Below are positions 17,214 to 26,642 of a stretch of 64,000 bases of DNA, in pieces (the stretch's first letter is position 1; the number at the start of each line of letters is the position of its first letter). The notes under the pieces were generated by a model. That model was not told the origin of the DNA. It worked only from the letters and a program-made list of their open reading frames with translations, and did not search any database. The DNA comes from Flavobacteriales bacterium. Its GTDB lineage: Bacteria; Bacteroidota; Bacteroidia; Flavobacteriales_D; Crocinitomicaceae. Made by a program: the position numbers and the translations under genes. The stretch is taken from positions 1,380-65,379 of the forward strand of contig CANMTO010000008.1 of the NCBI GenBank assembly GCA_947500755.1, read 5' to 3'.

Positions 17214-18137
17214 CTATTCGCCATTATTGTACAGCAAAATTTTCGGTCCTACCACCATGCGAATGGTAGTTACTCTGCGATTGGGATTATTCTTTTGTTG
17301 GTTATCACTGACGCTTGGAGGAAGAATTTCACCCTTCCCTTCATAGGAAATCCGAAAACTCAATTTCCATTTCACATCCAATGACTTGAGTTGTTTTTCA
17401 AATTCTGCAGCCACAGCTTTAGCCCGTGCTTCGGACAATACTTGATTGCGCTCTGTGCGTGTTTTTTCATCGCCAAAACCTTGCTTATCCGAATATCCAG
17501 AAATGATTAAAATCGTGGAATAATCCTCATCTGAGAATACATTTTCGTTGTGATTATCCAAATAATTTCGCCACCCTTGTATATCTGCTTTGATGCTGTC
17601 CAGCATACCTGTAATGAGTTTTTTGCCGTCTTCGCTAATTATTGCACTTCCCGTGTCAAAACTTATGTCCGCTGCAATATTTTTTAACTCTTTATTGGCC
17701 GCAATTAAATCTCCCAGTGGCACTACGTATTTATATAACAAATCATTTAGCTCCTGAGCTAAGCGCAGGGATTTCTCATGGCCTTCCGTTGTGTACGGAT
17801 CTGTTTCATTGAGCGATTTAATGATTCCTTCCGTGCGCGCCATCAAGCGCGTGAGTTGATCATCTATCTCTTTAATTCGTTCGGTAGAATCAATGGAATA
17901 AAACATTTTTTGTTGCTCTTTTAATACGGATAAGGCTTGTTCCGACTTTTCAATTTCTGCTGCTAAGCTTTTCTCACGCTCTGCTTGTTTACGGTTAAAT
18001 GCATTGACTTCAGTATCTCCTTGCTGCCCATGAAACACCGTGGTTTTATACTTTGGTTTTACCAATACACCGCTGTCTTTACATGAATAAAGAAGTACCC
18101 AAAAACTGATTAGCGTTAATAAATAGAATGGTTTCAT
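17214..18137 (-). CDS. OmpA-family lipoprotein with a coiled-coil N-terminal region
   Basis: MKPFYLLTLISFWVLLYSC lipobox; C-terminal OmpA-like ISGYSDKQG...LSEARAKAVAAEF...NRRVTTIRM. Confidence 0.8.
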   Translation of the reverse strand: MKPFYLLTLISFWVLLYSCKDSGVLVKPKYKTTVFHGQQGDTEVNAFNRKQAEREKSLAAEIEKSEQALSVLKEQQKMFYSIDSTERIKEIDDQLTRLMARTEGIIKSLNETDPYTTEGHEKSLRLAQELNDLLYKYVVPLGDLIAANKELKNIAADISFDTGSAIISEDGKKLITGMLDSIKADIQGWRNYLDNHNENVFSDEDYSTILIISGYSDKQGFGDEKTRTERNQVLSEARAKAVAAEFEKQLKSLDVKWKLSFRISYEGKGEILPPSVSDNQQKNNPNRRVTTIRMVVGPKILLYNNGE

Positions 18138-18163
18138 TTTGATGATTTTAAACTAAGATACAA

Positions 18164-19036
18164 TTATTGTGGAACTTCGTGATATGCTTTCCCATACACA
18201 TAGGTAAATTTAGCGCCAAAAAAGATAACTTGAGCCGTGTAAAAGACCCAAGCCATTAAAATAAACATAGAGCCAACCACATCGCCTTTTCCGAGAAAAA
18301 AATAATGTTGTAGGTAATACTTAATGATCAACTGGCTCATGAATAGTAGCAGCGAAGTCAATAAGGCTCCTTTGAACGCCAATCTCCAGCGCACCGTACC
18401 ATCATGCACGAATTTAAAAATAAATGCTATTATCAATAGATTCAAAAGGATCGAGAACAAATGATGGAATAAAATAAAGCCAATAAGCACATTTCCAAAG
18501 GAGGAAGACATCCAATTTTCAAGGATACTGAATGCGAAAATCTGTATGAAATAAGACAATAAAATAAGCAGGGCAAACACCGCTAAATACGCCAAGGAAA
18601 GAAACCTGAATTTGAGAATATCCATAACCACATTCAGCTTCTCTCGTTTTCGTTTTTGTATGTTAAAGAAATCGTTGATGCTGTATTTTAACGAAACCAT
18701 AAATGCTGAACATGAATAGAGCAGCGCGATTATCATCACCAAATTCAGCGAGAAAGATTTTGATTGATTATTCAAATTCTTAAGGTAAGAGGTAAATATG
18801 GAAATGTCTTCAATGCCAATATTCTTTTGAAAAATCTCTGTAACGGCATTGATACACAAGTCTTCACCGAAAATCTTACCAAAGCTAATAAGGGTGAGAT
18901 ATAAAAGCGGGATGAGCGCAAACAGGGTGTAATACGCGAGTGCGGCGCCATGAAAAAATGCCCCTTCTTCGAAGAACTCTGCGGTAGCGTTTCTTAATAT
19001 ATGAAGAAATTTTTTGGAGGATTTATCGGAATCCAT
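18164..19036 (-). CDS. YihY/BrkB family membrane protein
   Basis: 290 aa with about 6 TM helices. The N-terminus ...RNATAEFFEEGAFFHGAALAYYTLFALIPLL is typical of the YihY family. Confidence 0.75.
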   Translation of the reverse strand: MDSDKSSKKFLHILRNATAEFFEEGAFFHGAALAYYTLFALIPLLYLTLISFGKIFGEDLCINAVTEIFQKNIGIEDISIFTSYLKNLNNQSKSFSLNLVMIIALLYSCSAFMVSLKYSINDFFNIQKRKREKLNVVMDILKFRFLSLAYLAVFALLILLSYFIQIFAFSILENWMSSSFGNVLIGFILFHHLFSILLNLLIIAFIFKFVHDGTVRWRLAFKGALLTSLLLFMSQLIIKYYLQHYFFLGKGDVVGSMFILMAWVFYTAQVIFFGAKFTYVYGKAYHEVPQ

Positions 19037-19949
19037 TGGAACGTATTTTTAGGGTTAGGGGGAGTTTGGTAATGCTATGTAGAATGACTAACTCCCTAGA
19101 TTCTGTATAATAATAATGAATAAAAATTGTTCCGTTAAACAAATAACGCTCACAACTCACCGGAATTCCTTCAGGATCCACGCGAAAGTCATTGGGACGA
19201 AATCGATGGTTCGTTCCTTTCCAGTTGATCGAGTTTACCTCACCAAACCAGCGAGCTTCTTGTAAATTCGTTAAGTTGTGGTATCGTTCAGTCGGATTAA
19301 AAAAAGCGGTAAGTTTCCCCTGCCTCAGGAAAGCCATTTTGGAGCAAATGGTCAGCATGTCTTGTGCATCATGAGAAACCAAAACCAAACAAATATGCTC
19401 TGTCTCCTTTAATTGAAGGAGTAAAGTAATCAATCTTAATTTAAGTACATGATCTAAGTGGGAGAAGGGCTCATCCAACAACAACCATGAAGGCTTTGTT
19501 GCAATGGCTCTAGCTATCGCTAGCCGTTGTTGTTCGCCGCCAGATAGGAATTTGGCTTTTGTCGCTTTAACCTGCGATAAGGAAAAAACGTTTAGAAGGT
19601 GTTTTACCCGTCGTTCGCGGAGCCTTGGCTCCCAATTCAAAATAACCTCTCGAATATTTTCTTCACACGTATGAAAAAGATCCAAGGCATAGTCTTGAGC
19701 TACTAAGGCGATGCCAGGATGACCTGGTATTAAGCGCTGAGAGGCTCTTGGTAATAACTGATCCTGTAATAGCACCTCCCCCTCAGACTGATCCAACAGC
19801 CCGGCAAGGATATTCAACAAGCTTGATTTTCCGGCACCGCTTCTTCCTGCAATGCCATAGATTTCACTCGGTATGAGGCTTGCATTAATGCGATGTAAAA
19901 TTTGATGCGTCGCATCAATCGAATAACTGAGGCCCTTAATCTGGAGCAT
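19023..19949 (-). CDS. ABC transporter ATP-binding protein with a C-terminal extension of about 100 aa (TOBE-like?)
   Basis: Walker A GRSGAGKSSLLN, signature LSGGEQQRLAIARA, Walker B LLLDEPFSHLD, H-loop VSHD. Start at ATG 19949 (MLQIKGLSY) or 19973. Confidence 0.85.
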   Translation of the reverse strand: MLQIKGLSYSIDATHQILHRINASLIPSEIYGIAGRSGAGKSSLLNILAGLLDQSEGEVLLQDQLLPRASQRLIPGHPGIALVAQDYALDLFHTCEENIREVILNWEPRLRERRVKHLLNVFSLSQVKATKAKFLSGGEQQRLAIARAIATKPSWLLLDEPFSHLDHVLKLRLITLLLQLKETEHICLVLVSHDAQDMLTICSKMAFLRQGKLTAFFNPTERYHNLTNLQEARWFGEVNSINWKGTNHRFRPNDFRVDPEGIPVSCERYLFNGTIFIHYYYTESRELVILHSITKLPLTLKIRSNGFR

Positions 19950-20376
19950 GGGTGAGAAGTTCATTCGGCACATCGTGATTTGCGATGTACACTCCAGGAA
20001 TTGGATTTATGAATGGCTCATTATCCTTGAGTTCTACAAGGATATGTTGCCGATCAGCATCGTTCGTTTGTTTTATGCTGTTCAGTAGCTGATTGGATAT
20101 AGCAAATTGCACCTCTTTTCCCGCTAATAAGGCTAAAGAGATTAACGTTACCCCCCCTATTTCATATGAAAATTCAGTACCTGAGCCCAAGGCCCCTCTT
20201 AACGAATAAGCCGCGTCTTTCGTAATGTTTACCGCAAGCACATCTTGCACTTCCAATTCATCTTCCCAATGATAGCGGTGGTTGTCTGCTGTTTCCTCCC
20301 CTGAATGCTGTATTTCGGCAAGCTCCTGAGAAAACAAATCATTTAAGTGAGCGCAAGTGAAACTAAGGGTGAACAT
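19936..20376 (-). CDS. Hypothetical protein (146 aa)
   Basis: Complete ORF whose stop overlaps the ABC ATPase start. I do not recognise a family. Confidence 0.5.
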   Translation of the reverse strand: MFTLSFTCAHLNDLFSQELAEIQHSGEETADNHRYHWEDELEVQDVLAVNITKDAAYSLRGALGSGTEFSYEIGGVTLISLALLAGKEVQFAISNQLLNSIKQTNDADRQHILVELKDNEPFINPIPGVYIANHDVPNELLTHAPD

Positions 20377-20513
20377 TTGGTAAAAATTTTAGTACTCACG
20401 AAAGTATTAATTTTGGTTGAACTTTAGTTCATATTTCACCATGAACAATGAGATGTGAAGAATATTCTAAGAAATCCTCCCCATAAACTCGCATAAAATA
20501 CTAAATTCGACTT

Positions 20514-21869
20514 ATGAAAAACCTGAAACTCCTTCTAATTGCACTCTTGCTTGCAGGATTTACGAATGGGCAAACAAAGCTAAGCACCACTGAAAAAGCG
20601 AATTATAACCGATTACTAAATAAAGGAATTGAAACCTTTAATGCCGCCAGGTTGAATGAAGCCTTAGAAACCTTTAAACGTGCAGAAGCGATTGACCCAG
20701 AGGCATGGAAATTAGCGTTCTGGATGGCTTCCTGTCATTATGAACTAAATAGCTATTACACCGCTGAAAATTATATAAATAATGCCCTTCGGAACATGCC
20801 TGAAACCGAGGAAGGTGACGCCACTTTTTATGAGTTAAGCGGAAAGATTAACCACCGATTAGGCAAAGTAGAGGAAGCGATCACAGCCTATAAAAAATGT
20901 GCGATACTCATGGGAAGTAAGATGGCCTCATCGTATGGAATCACCATGTATATCTCCCAATGCGAATTAATGATTCAAGCGAAAAAACAAGGGTTAACAT
21001 CCCTTCGAAAACCATTATCTATTCAGCTTAATTCCTTGGAAGACGAATACGCACCTATTCTGGTTTCTGGAGGAGCCTTGTTTTTCACGGCCCGTAGGCC
21101 AGAGACCACGGGTGAAACGTCTGATCCAGATGATTCAAAATATTTTGAAGATGTTTATCGTGCCCAATGGAATCCCATTATTTCAGATTATGAAATAGAT
21201 TATGAGTTCTTTAAACCAATCAATACCTCGGGATTTGATGCATTAAGTTATGTAAATTCCAACGGTACTTTTGCACTTTTAACGGTAAACACCGAAATGA
21301 CCGAAAAAACTACCAAAGGATCAGACTTATTCGAACTGCGAAGCGAAAGTCCATTTATTTGGGAAGCCCCAACCCTTATTAAGAAGAAAGGCCTGAATAC
21401 TGATTATTTTGAAGGAAGTGCCACCTGTACTGAAGGGTCTGAGTTTGGCGATTTCATGATTTTTGTTTCAGACCGCAATGCAGAGACCAGTGGCCTAGAC
21501 CTTTTTACGTGTACGCAACAAGAATCAAGCTACGGAGAAGTAACCGCACTTCCGAAGCACTTAAACAGTGCAGGTAATGAAACCACTCCGATGATCACTG
21601 CAGATGGTAAATATTTGTTTTTCAGCAGCGACGAGCTCCCAGGATATGGTGGTTATGATATTTTCTACAGCACGAATGAAAATGGCGTGTGGTCGATGCC
21701 GATAAATTTAGGTCCAGAAGTTAACTCGGTTAACCACGATACACATTTTAGTTTGGATACTAAGAATAAAAAAGGAGTGTTTGCCTCGCTTGCTGAAAAG
21801 GAAGGTTATTTTTCTTTTGATTTATATGGGGTAGACTTGGATGGAAAGGATTTTCCGTTCTTGAAATAA
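20514..21869 (+). CDS. TPR plus PD40 (TolB-like beta-propeller repeat) protein, no OmpA domain
   Basis: Signal peptide MKNLKLLLIALLLAGFTNGQ; TPR (LNEALETFKRAEAIDPEAW...); PD40-like DEYAPILVSGGALFFTA and GNETTPMITADGKYLFFSSD...GGYDIFYS. Confidence 0.75.
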   Translation: MKNLKLLLIALLLAGFTNGQTKLSTTEKANYNRLLNKGIETFNAARLNEALETFKRAEAIDPEAWKLAFWMASCHYELNSYYTAENYINNALRNMPETEEGDATFYELSGKINHRLGKVEEAITAYKKCAILMGSKMASSYGITMYISQCELMIQAKKQGLTSLRKPLSIQLNSLEDEYAPILVSGGALFFTARRPETTGETSDPDDSKYFEDVYRAQWNPIISDYEIDYEFFKPINTSGFDALSYVNSNGTFALLTVNTEMTEKTTKGSDLFELRSESPFIWEAPTLIKKKGLNTDYFEGSATCTEGSEFGDFMIFVSDRNAETSGLDLFTCTQQESSYGEVTALPKHLNSAGNETTPMITADGKYLFFSSDELPGYGGYDIFYSTNENGVWSMPINLGPEVNSVNHDTHFSLDTKNKKGVFASLAEKEGYFSFDLYGVDLDGKDFPFLK

Positions 21870-21871
21870 GC

Positions 21872-22921
21872 TTAATTAACTCGTACTTTCTTTCTGTTGA
21901 TGTTATCTAGACTGTAGCGCACAAAGGTCTCAAAACCACCTTTGAAATTCGATACTAAAGATAAACGAGAGATGTTAATATCGTAAGCAAATCCGGCGGA
22001 AAAAGGCCCGTAAAAGATGGCCGAGCGCACCACCATGGCGTCTTTGAATCGATTAAAAACACCTACACTGAACGCTATTTCCTTGATGTTATCTGTTTCC
22101 CAAGAGGCCTTACGTATGATTTGCTTGTAACTAACTCCGAACAATAATTCGTTGGATTTGCGCTGCCTCTGAAAATAGATCGCGGGCTGAAGCACCCCAT
22201 TCATTGCTGTGATGCCAATATTCGCATTGACGAAACTTGAATAACGCACAGGAAGCGTTTGAATGCTTGAATTATAAAAGGAATACCTTGGATTATTGAC
22301 GTGATACGCGGCAAATCCCACATTAAATCCTTTATCCGCCTCGTTGGTAACCTTGCCAATATCGGTTTGAAAGGAATAGACCCCACCAACACCCAAGTCG
22401 AAGTATGAAAAATTTTGCTCATAAAACGGCTCACCATTCGGAAGAATAGGATTAAACGACATCCCGTCATACTGTGTACCCCATTGTCCAGCGGCCGGAT
22501 TAGTAACGCATTGTCCAAAGGTTGAATTCAAGCCTAAAGCAACTTTGCTAAACCGAGAAATCTTTAAATTGTATGAGAAGTTAATGCCAATATTACTTTG
22601 GCTGAAGTAACCATCACCCATTCTATCATTGACGAAAACAAGTCCTGCCCCTAAGGTTCCATTTGAATTTTTCAATGCTGCAGTTAAACGCCCGTCTATA
22701 GCAGCAAAAAACGTTTGAAATGGAGAAGCAAAACTACCGTATTGTCCTCTATACATGGCTATCCCTTGAAACGACGCATTAGCACCTGCCAACGCCGGAT
22801 TCAAGGTGAGTGGGGATATCTCTGCTTGAGAAAAATGTACATCTTGCGCGGTAAAAACCAAGCAACGCATGGTTAATGCTAGAACCAAAAATGTTTGAAC
22901 TGTACTGCGTGTATTCATCAT
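21872..22921 (-). CDS. PorP/SprF family type IX secretion system membrane protein
   Basis: N-terminal AQDVHFSQAEISPLTLNPALAG signature; about 350 aa of beta-barrel-like sequence. ATGA overlap with the upstream type-B cargo gene. Confidence 0.88.
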   Translation of the reverse strand: MMNTRSTVQTFLVLALTMRCLVFTAQDVHFSQAEISPLTLNPALAGANASFQGIAMYRGQYGSFASPFQTFFAAIDGRLTAALKNSNGTLGAGLVFVNDRMGDGYFSQSNIGINFSYNLKISRFSKVALGLNSTFGQCVTNPAAGQWGTQYDGMSFNPILPNGEPFYEQNFSYFDLGVGGVYSFQTDIGKVTNEADKGFNVGFAAYHVNNPRYSFYNSSIQTLPVRYSSFVNANIGITAMNGVLQPAIYFQRQRKSNELLFGVSYKQIIRKASWETDNIKEIAFSVGVFNRFKDAMVVRSAIFYGPFSAGFAYDINISRLSLVSNFKGGFETFVRYSLDNINRKKVRVN

Positions 22922-25038
22922 CTTACCAACGTTAAACTACCTGATTTATGAAGTATTGTATCGTCGTACAATTGTACATTTAAATCATACACATAATTTC
23001 CTTCTTGCGCTGGCCTACCTTTATAAAACCCATCCCATTCAGCATTGATATTCGTAGCCTCAAATACTTTTTGCCCCCAACGGTCATAAATTACAAATCC
23101 AAAATCCTTTACGCATACTGCTTTTCCAAAAACCCTCAGCGTGTTGTTTTCTTTCGGACCTGTTCCATTCGGACTAAAAATCGTAGGAACAAAAAACTCA
23201 CCACATAACAGTTTTACGCTAACTACCAAAGAATCTTCCCCTTGACATCCATTATTATCTTCAACCTGTACGTAATAGGTAATGGTAGAATCTGGGGTTA
23301 TGACTGGATTCGGGCAATCGGTACAGGATAAGCCATCTACGGGACTCCAATCGTAGATTGTTCCACCATAAACATTGGCAATAAACGAAGTTTCAGGGTT
23401 GATCACGGTATCTCCAGGAATCATGGTTATCGGTAAAGAATTAACAATACCAATAGTGCCCGCTGCCCCTATTTGACAACCGTTTGCATCACTTACATTC
23501 ACCCCATAGGTCCCGATATTCAGGTTTGAAATGCTGTCTGTGGTATTTCCATTTGTCCAGAGGTAATTGTAAGCACCTGTTCCACCAGACACCGTAACAT
23601 CCATGGTTCCTAAAACGCCTGATGCACAATCAATCGATGTTGAATCAGCACTAATGGTGAGGACGGGAGGCTGAATAATCGTAATTCCTTGCACGACCAC
23701 ACAATTCAATGCATCTACTACAACAATGTTGTAATTCCCCGGAGCTAGGCCAGTAACGGTATCGTTTGCTACACCAATTGGAGACCAAGAGAAAACAAAA
23801 GGCGGGGTTCCCAATGAATCTATCTGAACAGCTGCGGAACCATCTGCTGCGCCATTACAAGATACATTAGTAACGAAATCAATACTCACTACCGGTGCTT
23901 GTGGTGTAGGATTAACCGTATACGAACTTAAAGAAGTAGTAATGCAGTTGGATAGGGTATCCTGAACATATATCGTGTAAACTCCTCCTGGAATATTAGG
24001 AAAGATGGGGCTTGCTTGATAATTAGATCCATTTAACGAATACACGTAGTTGGTACCAAGTGGGGCAGTCACCGTTATAGTACCTAAGGGTTGAGGACAG
24101 TTTGGTTGCGCGACCGTTGCTGTTGGAACCGGTGGAATAGTTAGTGCATTAGCAATTGTTGCACTGGTACTAAATCCTGAAGTACAACTCTGATTATTTG
24201 TTACAGTAAAGAGGTAACTCACTCCTGCAGGTAATCCAGTAAAAGTTGCGGTTGTTCCAGATCCTGTTTGAGAAAATGCACCCGGTGAGGCGTTCAAGGT
24301 CCAAGTTCCTGTTGAAGGTAATCCTGACAAAAGTACACTACCCGTATTTGAGGCACACGTAGGATTTTGTATGACTCCTACCTGGGGTGCGCTTGGATTG
24401 ATTGGTGGATTAACGAATACATTGTTTGACGGAACAGAAGTACATGCCGATGAAATCAATGTAACAGTAAACGTATATGAACCAATCGGCAAGTTTGTAA
24501 AACTAACATTAGGGCCAATGCCCGTTTGTGTAAAAGTAGTTGGACCAGGACCTGTTGCAGTGATTGTCCATTGTCCTGTGGTTGGTAAATTCGATAAAGG
24601 TACAGTACCGGTTGTAACACCCGGCGCGCAATTTGGTTGTTGCACCAATCCAGCTATGGGTGCAGGTGGATTTGATGGTATGGCGTTAATATTTACTGCA
24701 CTAGAGAACGCTGATGTGCATGGCACATTCGGCTCGATACAGATGAATGTATACGCTGTTCCAGGGGATAAATTACCAACGGTAGCTGTTGAGCCTGAGC
24801 CTGATTGTGTTGGTGCAGGAAACGGAGGAGGAACTGGTGCGCCTGAAGGAATCGCATACAAGTCCCAATTACCGTTTGGTAAACCAACCAACGTTGCAGT
24901 AGCCGTGGCGTTGGTACACGTAGGCTGAACAAGGGCTGTTATTACCGGCGCAAGCGGACATTGGGCCATCGTAACAATCGAGTTACCCAAACCTGTAAAA
25001 CCAAAGAATAAGAAGAAGAATCGTAAATTTCTAATCAT
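22918..25038 (-). CDS. T9SS type B sorting-domain surface protein (Ig-like/SprB-type repeats)
   Basis: ATG 25038 gives MIRNLRFFFLFFGFTG. Contains repeated modules of about 80 aa (VQPTC...LP.G.W...G.Y.F.V...C.S) and SprB-like repeats (CNGAADGSA..., GGTGAYNYLW...DANGC). The C-terminal gliding-motility CTD is FFVPTIFSPNG...YDRWGQKVFE...WDGFYKGRPAQEGNYVYDL. Confidence 0.88.
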   Translation of the reverse strand: MIRNLRFFFLFFGFTGLGNSIVTMAQCPLAPVITALVQPTCTNATATATLVGLPNGNWDLYAIPSGAPVPPPFPAPTQSGSGSTATVGNLSPGTAYTFICIEPNVPCTSAFSSAVNINAIPSNPPAPIAGLVQQPNCAPGVTTGTVPLSNLPTTGQWTITATGPGPTTFTQTGIGPNVSFTNLPIGSYTFTVTLISSACTSVPSNNVFVNPPINPSAPQVGVIQNPTCASNTGSVLLSGLPSTGTWTLNASPGAFSQTGSGTTATFTGLPAGVSYLFTVTNNQSCTSGFSTSATIANALTIPPVPTATVAQPNCPQPLGTITVTAPLGTNYVYSLNGSNYQASPIFPNIPGGVYTIYVQDTLSNCITTSLSSYTVNPTPQAPVVSIDFVTNVSCNGAADGSAAVQIDSLGTPPFVFSWSPIGVANDTVTGLAPGNYNIVVVDALNCVVVQGITIIQPPVLTISADSTSIDCASGVLGTMDVTVSGGTGAYNYLWTNGNTTDSISNLNIGTYGVNVSDANGCQIGAAGTIGIVNSLPITMIPGDTVINPETSFIANVYGGTIYDWSPVDGLSCTDCPNPVITPDSTITYYVQVEDNNGCQGEDSLVVSVKLLCGEFFVPTIFSPNGTGPKENNTLRVFGKAVCVKDFGFVIYDRWGQKVFEATNINAEWDGFYKGRPAQEGNYVYDLNVQLYDDTILHKSGSLTLVR

Positions 25039-25172
25039 AAAGTATTTTAAATACTCATTTCTGCCCCGTAAAGTTACACTAATATTCAAATATTTCCCAA
25101 GAAGCCCATTGAAATTGAATTACGCAATAATATAATCTTGGTTGCTTACCAAATAAAACAGACCTTTGTGAC

Positions 25173-25901
25173 ATGGAAAAGCAGCGGATTTTTATGGAGA
25201 TTTCCTATGATGGCACGGCCTACAGTGGGTGGCAAATCCAACCTAATGCCTTCACCATACAAGGTGCAATTGAAGAGGCGCTTTCTAAACTTAATGGGAA
25301 TAAGCCAATAGGGATCGTGGGTTGTGGTAGAACAGACACGGGAGTTCATGCCAAGCAGTATTTTTTTCATGTTGAACTTCCTGATTTTAACTGGTCGGAA
25401 GTGCGATATAAGCTTAATAAAATGCTGCCAAATGACATTAAAATCGTTGATGCGTTTTACAATCAAAAACACGCACGCTTTGACGCTAGAAAGCGCACCT
25501 ACCGTTATTTCATCGCTAAAGAAAAGTCGCCGTTCAATGACCGATTTTGTTGGGTATACGAGCGGCCATTATCGGTAGAAGCAATGAACACAGCTTGCTC
25601 CCATTTAATCGGACACCTGGATTTCGCCTCCTTTGCCAAAGGGGATACCGACGTAAAAACCACCCTATGCGAGGTTTTTAATGCCTCTTGGGAAGAGACG
25701 AATGAGGGGTATGTTTTTGAAGTAAGTGCAAATCGTTTTTTGCGCAACATGGTGCGAGCCATGGTAGGTACGTTAATGGAGGTTGGCATCGGGAATATTA
25801 CGCCGGATGCAATTCCAATAATTCTCGCAAAAAAAAGCCGCCAAGAGGCAGCTTTATCGGTCCCTGCTAAAGGACTATTTCTTTGGGAGATTTTATATTA
25901 A
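25173..25901 (+). CDS. truA: tRNA pseudouridine(38-40) synthase TruA
   Basis: GCGRTDTGVHA catalytic Asp motif; 242 aa; ...RFLRNMVRAMVGTL. Confidence 0.92.
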   Translation: MEKQRIFMEISYDGTAYSGWQIQPNAFTIQGAIEEALSKLNGNKPIGIVGCGRTDTGVHAKQYFFHVELPDFNWSEVRYKLNKMLPNDIKIVDAFYNQKHARFDARKRTYRYFIAKEKSPFNDRFCWVYERPLSVEAMNTACSHLIGHLDFASFAKGDTDVKTTLCEVFNASWEETNEGYVFEVSANRFLRNMVRAMVGTLMEVGIGNITPDAIPIILAKKSRQEAALSVPAKGLFLWEILY

Positions 25902-26596
25902 TCTGCTCGTTGACGCAGTAAGTCAAAGTACCCGTAGGTTTCCACAACGATGGCCCCACCTAAGGTGTCGCCATATTTTGCAGGTAATCCACCCGTGTAC
26001 ACCATCATACGATTGATGGAGCAGCTGGGTACGTTGTATACATCCTGCAATTTAACGCCATCTAACACATAGATCATATCCCCTTTTCGGGCGCCACGAA
26101 ACATTAACTCCCCGTCATCCGCCATTTTAATTTCTGAAGACATTTGGGTGGCCATCGTAGCAATGCTGAATTTGTTCGGATTGTGTTTAATCTCTTTTTC
26201 CGTTAGTTCGGGTGTTGGTAACTCCCCCATTCTCAATCGCAAGCGTTCTTTAACAACAATCTCATCTTTCAATACACCTTTTGGCTTGAACTCAACAGAA
26301 CCAATATTTCCATAGGATTCAATAGGAATATCAACCGCATAAGTTTGGGAAGTATCCCTCCCAAACACCAAAAACACATTATACTTGCCCGCAGGAATGG
26401 CTGAAATTCTAAATCGACCGTCTTTATCGGTCATGGCTTGATATTTCTTGCCTTGATCTAGGATAACTGCTTTAATGTATTCCATGGGTTGTTTTGAATC
26501 CGCATCCAATACGGTTCCAATGGCATCTCCGAGCGCGGATTGTGCCAATAATTGTGACACCAAAATACTCGCTAATAGGGTTAAGGTTTTTTTCAT
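25898..26596 (-). CDS. Stand-alone CarboxypepD_reg-like plus TonB-dependent-receptor Plug-like protein (no barrel)
   Basis: Signal peptide; GTVLDADSKQPMEYIKAVI...TDKDGRFRISAIPAGKYNV (carboxypeptidase regulatory-like); MFRGARKGDMIYVLDGVKL...VYTGGLPAKYGDTLGGAIVVET (plug-like). Only 232 aa. Confidence 0.65.
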   Translation of the reverse strand: MKKTLTLLASILVSQLLAQSALGDAIGTVLDADSKQPMEYIKAVILDQGKKYQAMTDKDGRFRISAIPAGKYNVFLVFGRDTSQTYAVDIPIESYGNIGSVEFKPKGVLKDEIVVKERLRLRMGELPTPELTEKEIKHNPNKFSIATMATQMSSEIKMADDGELMFRGARKGDMIYVLDGVKLQDVYNVPSCSINRMMVYTGGLPAKYGDTLGGAIVVETYGYFDLLRQRAD

Positions 26597-26642
26597 GATT
26601 TCTAATGTTTGATTACTAAGGTAACGAAAAAAAACTAATAAC

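Noticed and set aside
24371-24928. 185-aa plus-strand ORF inside the type-B cargo gene. Similar antisense ORFs occur at 8183-8581 (in recJ), 13785-14225 (in the amidase gene), 27780-28310 (in the YwqK-like gene) and 30549-30890.
   Set aside because: Each lies antisense within a gene with strong family motifs, has no recognisable motifs, and shows low-complexity or skewed composition. They are treated as shadow ORFs.
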